Shown: positions 8,366 through 15,859 of the stretch, piece after piece
How positions within the stretch are numbered: the first letter of the stretch is position 1
How the letters are laid out: the number at the start of each line of letters is the position of its first letter
Assembly (NCBI GenBank): GCA_033551855.1
Contig: JAWSUI010000069.1
Span: 1-17,906 of the forward strand
Direction of reading: 5' to 3'
DNA: 17,906 nucleotides
DNA from: Deferrisomatales bacterium
Lineage (GTDB): Bacteria; Desulfobacterota; Deferrisomatia; Deferrisomatales; JACRMM01
Notes under the pieces: model-generated
Database searches by the model: none
The model's input: only the letters and a program-made list of their open reading frames with translations
What the model was told of the DNA's origin: nothing
Position numbers and translations under genes: made by a program

Positions 8366-8545
8366 ATGGGCAGAGAAGCCGTGGTGTACGTCGTGGAGAA
8401 AGCCAAGGGCAGGGAGAACCCGTTTCCGAGGATCGTGATCCTTCTCCCGACCCGACTCCTGGGGAGCTTCCCCGGCCCGAGGACTTGGGATGAGGCCGGC
8501 GAGGTGGAAAAGGCGGTCGGCTCCATGATCACCGACGCCAGGCAG
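8366..8545 (+). pseudogene. Possible remnant of a DUF302-family C-terminus
   Basis: VVYVVEK...IVILLPTRLLGSFPGP..WDEAGEVEKAVGSMITDAR resembles, from memory, the DUF302 C-terminal pattern; the N-terminal half is missing. Confidence 0.3.
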
Positions 8546-8576
8546 AGCGAGGCCGACCACCGTCACGCACCGCTGG

Positions 8577-8790
8577 ATGAGTTGGGATCACGGCACGGGA
8601 TTGGGAGGCTGCGCTTTCACGATCGCCTCCGGGGCGCCGGCCATCTTGGGCGCGGTCTTCCTGATCCGACTCGCATGGGGGGCAAGGCCCGTTCCGGCAC
8701 AGGGTAGAAGCACCGTAGAATTCCCTCGAAATGTGGGAGAAGCGCTATGCCCGGGAGGAGCACGAGCGGACGAAGAGGGAGGTGGAGTGA
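8577..8790 (+). pseudogene. Frameshifted SHOCT-domain small membrane protein
   Basis: MSWDHGTGLGG...ILGAVFLIRLA (degraded TM), then in another frame SLEMWEKRYAREEHERTKREVE*, matching SHOCT (LEILKxRYARGEIxxEEYERxKxxL) but lacking the GEI segment. Confidence 0.6.
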
Positions 8791-9088
8791 ACACGCACCG
8801 CCCCCTTCGGGACGACCAGAGCCAGGAACCTGAGGCGGCCGCCAACGCAGTGGACGGCAGGGCCTTCTGGGGCCGGTTCCAGGGGACTCCAGGCAGCGCC
8901 TGGGCCGACCCCGGGGGCGAGGAGAGATCGCTGTAACTGATGGGGTTCGGCGGCTCGGACCCCACCGGCGCCGGCGAGGTCGTCCATGGAGCAACGTCAC
9001 TCCCTTCGACGGTAGTTTCAGCGGCATCACCTCGGGCCGTCGGGTCGGGGTGCGCCAACCCGGTCCAAACCTGCGCCTTCCTGGGCGC

Positions 9089-9928
9089 TCAGGCATTGCC
9101 CGGCCCGAGGCGACGGAACGCCTCCCAGTCGGGAGGCGAATACCTCTCGCGCTTCCAGCGAAGCCCGGCGTCGCGGATCGCCCCGGGCCGGTCGGCCTCG
9201 AAGAGGAGCCGAAGAGCGCGGTAGAGAACCGCGAAGTGCTCGTCGCGGTTGCCCGCCCTCCCGAGGGCGTGCCCGAAGGGGAAGCGGATAAAGAGGGCCC
9301 GGGGCGGAGGGGTCTTCTCCGTGATTTCTCGAACGATGGAGAGGGAAACGGTGGCAATCCCTTCGGCCTCGATCGCCCGCGCCACCAGTCCCACGGACCG
9401 GTTGCAGGTGCCTCAGGTGGGGACGAGGAGCGCGTAGTCCACCCCCGCCTGGGCGAGCTTTCGGGCCACGGCCGGTGCGGTCTTCGCCACCAGGGTCGCC
9501 AGATGGGGTCCCGCGATGTGGCCCATGAAGCTAAAGGCCACCGGGTGCAGAGTCCCCAGGGCGCCGGCGCCGGCGATCTCGCGCAGCTCCGCCACCGGCA
9601 GGACCAGGCCGAGGTCCTTCTCCGCGTCCCGGTGGTCGTAGTAGTCATGAGTGATGACGAGGGTTTCCCGGGGAGCGTCTACCGGGATGTCCCGGTAGGT
9701 GGGGTCGCCGTTGGGGTCGCGCATATCGAAGGGCTGCTGGGATCCCAGGTGGACACCGCCGGTCGTCACGACGGCCAGCTCCGCCTCCCGCAGGGGCTTT
9801 CGCGGGCGCGTCCACGGGATGGGCTCCCGGTTGGACTCGAGCCTCCGGGCCCAGTGGGCAGCCAGGCTCGGAAAGGCCGTGAAGACCCTCGCCAGGGCTC
9901 GGTTCTTCCAGCCCAGGAACGACCTCAC
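9089..9928 (-). CDS. PrdB/GrdB-family (glycine/sarcosine/betaine/D-proline reductase selenoprotein B-like) selenoprotein, 279 aa, Sec at residue 172
   Basis: ORF-track pieces 9413-10087 and 9089-9394 are in one frame, separated only by TGA at 9413-9415: ALLVPT-U-GTCNRSVGLVARAIEAEGIAT. Family motifs VTTGGVH, GDPTYR, HDYYD, SFMG, PRAL..FPFGHALG. GTG start at 9928 overlaps the ATPase stop. Confidence 0.9.
9376..9412 (-). promoter_or_regulatory. Bacterial SECIS hairpin downstream of the Sec UGA
   Basis: UGA GGCACCUGCA ACCGGUCC GUG GGACUGGU: 8-bp stem (9402-9384, one G-U pair), apical loop starting with GU, 18 nt between UGA and loop. Confidence 0.75.
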
Positions 9929-11100
9929 GGGGCGGCTCGCTTGAGCAGTTGGGCGTTGACCGCCACGATGACGGTGCTGGCCGACATGGGCACCGCCCCC
10001 ACGGCGGGGGTCAGGACGACGCCCCAGGGGGCGAGGGCGCCCGCGGCGAGGGGGATGGCGAACACGTTGTAGCCGGCCGCCCACCACAGATTCTGGACCA
10101 TCTTCCGATACGTCGCCCGCGAAAGGTCGATGATCTTCGGGATGTCGCGCGGGTCCCAGCGCACCAGCACGATGTGCCCGGCTTCCACCGCCACATCGGT
10201 ACCGGCCCCGAGGGCGACCCCGGTGAGGAACTGGGCCGCCCGGTCGGCCAGGTGCTGGGCCCGGGACTTGGACGCCTGGCCGTCGGCCACCAGCCGCATG
10301 ATCCCGGAGAGCCTGGTTTTCTCCCCTGTGCGGGTGACCAGGACGCGCAGCGATCCCTCACCGTTGATCGTTCCCCCGACAATCTCGTCCCCCTCCCGCT
10401 TCTTCACAGGCCGGGACTCGCCGGTGATCGCCGCCTCGTTGACCTCGCTCTGCCCCCTTTGCACCACCCCGTCCGCGCGCACCCCCTCCCCCGGGCGGAT
10501 GAGGACCACGTCCCCGTCCCGGAGCTCTTCAACCGGCACCCGTTCTTCCCGGTCGCCGGTGACGCGGGTGGCGCTGTCCGGGAGGAGCCTGGCCAGTTCC
10601 TTGAGCGCGCCCCGGGCCTGGTCGATCGACCGCATCTCGATCCAGTGCCCGAGGAGCATGATGGTCACCAGCGTGGACACCTCCCACCACAGGACCCCCG
10701 CCTGGATGAGTCCGATCTGCACGGCCCAGGAGAAGACGAACGCCACCAGGATGGCCAGCGAGATGAGGGTCATCATCCCCGGGAGGCGTCCCCGGAGCTC
10801 CCGCCAAGCCCCCTGGAGGAAGACCCACCCCCCGTAGCCGAACACCGCCGTGCCCAGGAGCGGCGGGATCCAGGCCGACCCCGGGAAGTCGGGTGACCGG
10901 TAGCCCAGCAGCATCTGAACGTGCTCCGACCAGAAGACCACCGGGAGCGTGAGCAGAAGGGAGAGCCAGAACTTGTCTCGAAACATTTCGGGGCGGTGGC
11001 CCGCGTGCTTGTCGTGGCCCGCGTGGGTGCCGCCGTGGTGCGCGTGGGCTGTGGTGGCGACGCCCGCAGGGTGTTGGTGGCGGTGTCTCGCGTCGGCCAT
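9925..11100 (-). pseudogene. copB: CopB-type (P1B-3) copper ATPase with in-frame deletion of the catalytic core
   Basis: His-rich N-terminus, PGMMTLISL, LLGHWIEM, TGES, and C-terminal GYN and MSAST are present. CPH, DKTGT and GDGxND are all absent; the sequence jumps at FLTGVALGAG|TDVAVEAG. Confidence 0.88.
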
Positions 11101-11368
11101 CGGGAATCCTTTTGCTCGGGTCGCGCGGATGGAGTCGGTCCGGGGGAAGGGTACCGCGTGGGCGGGGGATTGTCATGGGCCAAGGGTTTGTCTTCTGCTC
11201 ACTCCCTCGGAGCCGGATTCGCCGGAAACTGGTTTCCTGGTGGATTCCGGCAGGGCAGAGCGCGCCGCGCCGTCCTCGGACGGCTGGGGGACGCCCGGGG
11301 CAGCCAATCCCGGGTGGCTTGGGCGAGCCGGCGCCGACAGCGGCGTCCCGGTGCCCTGTCGGTCGAGC

Positions 11369-11671
11369 TCAGAGTTTCGGTTGGCGAGGAGCGCAGCTCG
11401 TCTTGGTGGTAGCCTGGGGTCGTTCGTCGCCGGAACCGGATGGGCGGAGGCCGCCCGCGGTGTGTGGGGGGGGGGAGTCCTGTCGGATACTCCACAGGAG
11501 CGCCTCGGATCCCCCTCTCCGGGATCCGGACCCCGCCACCAGGGGTGCCCCCTGGCAGATCTTGTGGGCGCCGATCACGACCCGGTACGCCGCCGGAGTC
11601 GCGACCGTCTGCACGCCGAACTTTATAAGAAGGCCCTCCTCCACGACCGAGACCACCTTTGCTTCGCTCAC
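11369..11671 (-). CDS. Hypothetical protein (100 aa) downstream of a sigma54 promoter, possibly truncated
   Basis: GTG start after AGGAAGGTGAA, about 40 nt past the promoter; the first 45 aa look protein-like and the rest is low complexity with a 10-nt homopolymer. Confidence 0.4.
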   Translation of the reverse strand: MSEAKVVSVVEEGLLIKFGVQTVATPAAYRVVIGAHKICQGAPLVAGSGSRRGGSEALLWSIRQDSPPPHTAGGLRPSGSGDERPQATTKTSCAPRQPKL

Positions 11672-11712
11672 ACTTCACCTTCCTGCGTGGAGATTGTGAT
11701 TGGATGGGGCCT

Positions 11713-11729
11713 CGCACGGGCCATGCCAA
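11713..11729 (-). promoter_or_regulatory. sigma54 promoter pointing toward the 100-aa ORF, copB and selenoprotein genes
   Basis: Minus strand TTGGCATGGCCCGTGCG (GG-N10-GC). Confidence 0.7.
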
Positions 11730-11814
11730 CGAGCGGTTCGGGAGAGAGCCTCGTGGGAGCGAAGGGATAGGCGCGAGCAACGAGGGGTCCCGACACCGAG
11801 AGAGAGGAGCAGGA

Positions 11815-11851
11815 TGGCGATAATTCGACACAAGCGGGCGACTACTGCTCA
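11815..11851. promoter_or_regulatory. Paired upstream activator sites for the 11713-11729 promoter
   Basis: TGGCGATAATTCGACA-N5-GGGCGACTACTGCTCA; the first site is 13/16 identical to the reverse complement of 5472-5487; 88-124 bp from -24. Confidence 0.55.
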
Positions 11852-12031
11852 GCGAGCGGCTTCGCAGTCGTGCGTTCGGTGATGGGAAGGCTAGACGTGC
11901 AGGAGGGTCCGTCGAGGCCGGGCCGGCCTGGGAAAATCCGTCTCCAGAGACGGCGGCGCGCCGGACGGAGGGGGTTACGTGATACGGGGCGGGACGGGGA
12001 AAGCCAGGGAGGCTGGCCTCCGGGCCGGTGG

Positions 12032-13051
12032 CTATCGGGTACAAGAGTACGGAGAAGGAGCCCTCCCACTGGCGCTCCGGCGAGAGTCCGGGGGGGATGC
12101 GACCCCGTTCCCTGCTCCTGAGGGAAGCGAAGCCAGGTACTCCCAGAACCCGGCGAGCAACTCACCATCGAGTCTCTTCCCGGCCAACTCGTCCATGGTG
12201 CGGCGAATACGCTCCTCCCGCAACGCCTCCTTGTAGGGGCGAACGTGACGGAGGGCGTCGTAGGTGTCTGCGATGGCCAGGACCCGCGCCGGCAGCGGGA
12301 TCTCGGCGCCTCTCACCCCCTCGGGATAGCCTGTGCCGTCGACGTTCTCGTGATGGGCGGCGACGTAGCGCACCACCTTCTCGAACCCGACGGGGGCGAG
12401 GATCCGTTCGGCGAGGCGGGGGTGGTCCATGATCCTCCGGCGCTCCTCCGGGGTGAGCTTCTCGGGCTTCAGGAGGACGTCGTCCCGGATCCCGATCTTG
12501 CCCACATCGTGCATGATTCCGGCCAGGTAGAGACTGTGGGCCTCGCGGCGCGGCAGCCCGAGAAACGAGGCGAATCCCTCGGAGAGGACCGCCACGCGCC
12601 GGGAGTGCTCGCCGGTCTCGGGGTCACGGACGCTCAGGCTCTCCGCCAGGGCGGCCACGGCCGTTCCGACCCTCTCCCTCTCGGCCCGACGCTCGGACCG
12701 AAGCGCTCGCTGGCGGGCCCGGCGCTCGAGGGTCGAGAGAGCGCCGGCCACCGAGGCCAGGACGAAGAAGCTCACCAGCGCTCCGGCCTGCTCCACGCGC
12801 CACGAGAGCCCGGGGGCACCCTGGAGCCACTGGTGGACCGCGTAGGAGGCAGCCGCAGCCGCAGCCGTGGCCAAGGCGCCGGCGGCGCCGAACCAGACCG
12901 CCGCCGCGACGATGGGCAAGAAGTACAGCTCCCGAAGGAACACGTGTCCGGCGTGAGCCCAGTGGCCGGCCGTCGGGGTCGCAAGGTGGAGCCCCGTAAC
13001 GCCCAGGAACAGGCACGAAACCGCGAGCGCCCGCCGGCGGCCCGGGGTCAC
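12032..13051 (-). CDS. Membrane-anchored HD-GYP phosphodiesterase with His-rich (DUF4118-like) TM sensor domain (339 aa)
   Basis: N-terminal TMs with LHLATPTAGHWAHAGHVFLRELYFLPI; HD-GYP motifs RDPETGEHSRRV, HDVGK, HHENVDGTGYP, IADTYDAL, RPYK. Confidence 0.92.
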   Translation of the reverse strand: MTPGRRRALAVSCLFLGVTGLHLATPTAGHWAHAGHVFLRELYFLPIVAAAVWFGAAGALATAAAAAASYAVHQWLQGAPGLSWRVEQAGALVSFFVLASVAGALSTLERRARQRALRSERRAERERVGTAVAALAESLSVRDPETGEHSRRVAVLSEGFASFLGLPRREAHSLYLAGIMHDVGKIGIRDDVLLKPEKLTPEERRRIMDHPRLAERILAPVGFEKVVRYVAAHHENVDGTGYPEGVRGAEIPLPARVLAIADTYDALRHVRPYKEALREERIRRTMDELAGKRLDGELLAGFWEYLASLPSGAGNGVASPPDSRRSASGRAPSPYSCTR

Positions 13052-13076
13052 CGAGCGAGCTCCGTGCGAAGAGGCG

Positions 13077-13361
13077 TCATAGGAGGAGCACGAGCCCCAT
13101 CATGACGGCCATGGCCGCCCCCATGGCCCAGGCCCACGCGCTTCGGTGGTGCCCCATGGTACCCCCGTGCCCCTCCTGGTGAGATTCCGACGGTGACGGG
13201 TCGGGCCGGTCCGCTTCCCCGGGCACCCGAGCCTCCCCCGGAGGAGGCGGGGCGAGTTGCACGCTCGCCCGCGGTGCCTCCCGGTGATGGTGGAGCGGAG
13301 CACACCCGGCGGCAGCCGTCAGGACCGCGACAAGCGCGAGGGTTCGCACCACAGAGCTCAT
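13077..13361 (-). CDS. His/Met-rich lipoprotein with C-terminal hydrophobic helix (94 aa)
   Basis: ATG 13361 after GGAGGAG, ATGA-coupled to the upstream ORF; lipobox AAGC; HHH, HQEGHGGTMGHH; tail WAWAMGAAMAVMMGLVLLL. Confidence 0.7.
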   Translation of the reverse strand: MSSVVRTLALVAVLTAAAGCAPLHHHREAPRASVQLAPPPPGEARVPGEADRPDPSPSESHQEGHGGTMGHHRSAWAWAMGAAMAVMMGLVLLL

Positions 13362-13621
13362 GGCATCTCCTCCGCAGCGGCGGGGAACCTCCCCCGGCCC
13401 CCGCCACGTGCCCGCACGGCCTCCAACTCGGGTCCCAACCGGGTTACCAGACACTCGGGGCACAGGCCGTGGGTCAGACGGTCCTCCGGGATCCGGCACT
13501 CCGGCGACGCAGGAACCCACACCTCCCGGTCCTCCGCCTCGCCCAGGAAGATCCGGCGGCAGAACATGCAGATGCGCACCAGGGGAGCGCAGGACTCAGA
13601 CATCGGTGGGCATGCTTCCAT
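13358..13621 (-). CDS. Small stand-alone Cys4/His metal-binding protein (87 aa)
   Basis: GGAGG RBS; ICMFCRR...W...THGLCPEC motif; directly downstream of a sigma54 promoter. Confidence 0.75.
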   Translation of the reverse strand: MEACPPMSESCAPLVRICMFCRRIFLGEAEDREVWVPASPECRIPEDRLTHGLCPECLVTRLGPELEAVRARGGGRGRFPAAAEEMP

Positions 13622-13689
13622 GAGACCTCCGCAGGGACGGCAGGGGGCCCGGGCAGAGATACCCCCAGGCTTCTCTTTTCTCTAGGCCC

Positions 13690-13705
13690 TGCATCCGGCG
13701 TGCCG
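13690..13705 (-). promoter_or_regulatory. sigma54 promoter for the 13621-12032 unit
   Basis: Minus strand CGGCACGCCGGATGCA (GG-N10-GC). Confidence 0.7.
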
Positions 13706-14011
13706 CATCCCAGGAGAGACACGTTCCAGGGAGCTCGCCGCCCGCATGATTGACCGCCGGGGCGCCATGGACGCCAAGTTTGATTCGGCGCGCCTCTTCG
13801 ACCCATGGGCCACCGATGCCTTCCCCTGTTGTTGGGTCCAGCGTTCCTCGGAACGCCATGCATACCTTGACGTTCCTGGCGTCTTGGCGGCTGCCTTGTG
13901 AACGATCCCGGCTGGCGTCGGGGCGTGGTGATTCCTCTCCGAACTCCCTGTTCCCGAAGGGTGGTGCCGGGCAAGAGGGGGGCGCGGAGCCTGGGTCTGA
14001 AGGCCGGTCGC

Positions 14012-14189
14012 GGCAACTCCAACGAGAGTTGCCTCAGCGTCGGGCGCGGGGCCTTCCCGGAGAGCGGGCAGGCGGCCTTGGCACGATGCCGGGGGAGCCG
14101 AAGGGCCGTAGTGCCGTTCGAAACCGTCTCGCGAGCTGTCCATCGCGCCGGGATCCTGCCCGCCGGAGGGAAGGTTCCGCGCCCGACGC
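14012..14189. repeat. Long nested inverted repeat (rod hairpin) with an adjacent 8-bp hairpin
   Basis: 14037-14058 pairs with 14168-14189 (20/22 Watson-Crick plus 2 G-U); 14064-14072 with 14155-14163 (9/9); 14077-14088 with 14141-14152; separate stem 14012-14019 with 14026-14033. Confidence 0.8.
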
Positions 14190-14203
14190 ACGCGGAGACC
14201 CGA

Positions 14204-15649
14204 TCACTCGTTGTAGTACTGGTTCGGGCTTTGAGACAGAAGATAGGATCTGCCCGAGCCGTCTTCCTTGTCGTTGAGCAATAGGAGAACCGAGGGCGGC
14301 TCCTCCCCTGTGTCCACCAGGGCAAAGTCCACGATGAAAGCCTCTACGGGCTCGAAGGGCCGCTCCAGGCGCAATGCCTCGCGGTCTCTGACGACCCGCA
14401 CCACCGAGTCCCGGCCGGCGGGCTGTCCGATCAGGGGAAGGCCCTTGGAGCGCCCCCGGTGCACGGTGTACGCCGTGCCGTCGGAGAGAATCGCCAGCCG
14501 TTGGGGCAGGCCGTGGTATTTCTCCGCTACCTGGCCCCCCGTTCCGAAGCCGGTGCGGTACTCGGGGGTCCGAAGCCGCACCGCCACCTCGGGTCCGCGA
14601 AACGGACCCAGCCCACCCAACAGAGACCTGCCCGGCACGGGCCTGCCCGTCTCCACCGAGACGAGGTTGAGTCCGGCCTCTTCTGCCCAGACAAGGGCCT
14701 CGCCGGACCCGAACGGGGTGAGCTCGAAGAGGTTCGCCTGCCCCCACGGGGTCGGCTCGCTGCCCCTTTCGTACTGCCGGCCGGCGAGTTGCAGTCGAAA
14801 TACCGGCCCCCTATAGAGGCTGAACGGCCCCCTCTCCTGGGCGTAGGCGGCAGGGCCGGCGATTCGAAGGTGGGCCGCAAGGTCCCCGCTCACCGGGGCC
14901 AGGGTCTCGTCCGAGGCGGTGAACACCCACGAGTGGAGCTTCGAGTCCACCCCCTGGTCGACGCTGTGGACGTCTTCCGCCCAGAGCGCGGCGACCTCCC
15001 GGACGCCATCCCCATCCAGGTCTGCGGCGTCCACGTGGAGACCTCGGGAGGAGGAGAAGGGAACACGAAAACTGCCGACCGGGGCGATGCCGGAGGGCGA
15101 GAGCTCGGCGAGCTCGAGGCGGTCGTCGTACAGCAATGCGAGCTGCGCCCCTTCGGGGGTCTTCTTCAGCCAAGCGAACCGTCGGAAAGGCTCTTCGAGG
15201 TCCCACACCGCAGTCGTCGGACGGGCGCGCTCCGGCGCGGGAGGAGCGGAAGGCATCGGAGGAGGACGGGTCCCGGGCTCCGGGGAATGCCCGCGCTCAC
15301 CGGACCCGGTCCACCGTTCCAGGGCGACGACGGCGCCGTCGGAGCCCCGGCGCAGGATTAGGACCGCAGAGCTCGCCGATGTCCGAAGGTCCAGTACCAG
15401 AGCCTCTCCCGCGGCGGCATCTGCGGAAGTCGGGACTACCTCGTATCCGCGGGCGAGGAAGAGCTCGAGCACGTCCTGAACGAGAGGAGAGGCGAGGGGA
15501 TCGGCGAGGTCACTTCGCAGCACGGCCCGCCTCGGGCCGTCCCATTGGGCAAGGGCCGCCTCCAGCTTGGGAAAGGACCCTGCCGAGGCCAGGCCCACAA
15601 CGAGAACTGCCACAGCTGCGGCCAACAAGAGACTTTGGGGACGGCGCAT
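14204..15649 (-). CDS. Exported protein with VCBS/FG-GAP-like repeat, probable beta-propeller (481 aa)
   Basis: Signal peptide MRRPQSLLLAAAVAVLVVGLASA; Pro-rich linker; DAADLDGDGVREV Ca-binding-type motif. Confidence 0.75.
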   Translation of the reverse strand: MRRPQSLLLAAAVAVLVVGLASAGSFPKLEAALAQWDGPRRAVLRSDLADPLASPLVQDVLELFLARGYEVVPTSADAAAGEALVLDLRTSASSAVLILRRGSDGAVVALERWTGSGERGHSPEPGTRPPPMPSAPPAPERARPTTAVWDLEEPFRRFAWLKKTPEGAQLALLYDDRLELAELSPSGIAPVGSFRVPFSSSRGLHVDAADLDGDGVREVAALWAEDVHSVDQGVDSKLHSWVFTASDETLAPVSGDLAAHLRIAGPAAYAQERGPFSLYRGPVFRLQLAGRQYERGSEPTPWGQANLFELTPFGSGEALVWAEEAGLNLVSVETGRPVPGRSLLGGLGPFRGPEVAVRLRTPEYRTGFGTGGQVAEKYHGLPQRLAILSDGTAYTVHRGRSKGLPLIGQPAGRDSVVRVVRDREALRLERPFEPVEAFIVDFALVDTGEEPPSVLLLLNDKEDGSGRSYLLSQSPNQYYNE

Positions 15650-15787
15650 GGGTGGGGTACCCCTCTCGTTCGAGCTCCGGACCCTTGTCATCGGTTCCGG
15701 CCAGAGTCCGACAGGCTCCCACGAGCCCTCCGCGAACGTCAAACCGCCGCGGTCGTTCCCGACTCCCGGTTTGCCCTGACTTCCAGA

Positions 15788-15825
15788 TAGAAAGGACTCG
15801 GGAGCCCCGAGGGGGCCCCCGAGTC
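15788..15825 (-). terminator. Intrinsic terminator after the beta-barrel gene
   Basis: Minus strand GACTCGGGGGCCCCCTCGGGGCTCCCGAGTC followed by CTTTCT, 35 nt past the stop. Confidence 0.65.
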
Positions 15826-15859
15826 TGCTTCACAGGACCTCTGAGAGCAAGGCTACGCC

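Noticed and set aside
9413..9415. Reading the TGA as a true stop or nonsense mutation
   Set aside because: It lies at the family's Sec position in a UxxC motif, homology continues in frame, and a SECIS-like hairpin follows.
11341..11566. sigma54-like strings near 11344-11358 (-) and 11553-11567 (+)
   Set aside because: Wrong GG-GC spacing or missing -12 GC; the same applies to near-misses at about 1966-1980, 2251 and 14078.
253..14206. Other TGA-ending ORFs (stops at 253, 7651, 11369, 13358, 14204) as further selenoproteins
   Set aside because: No redox motif context or recognisable in-frame continuation after these stops.
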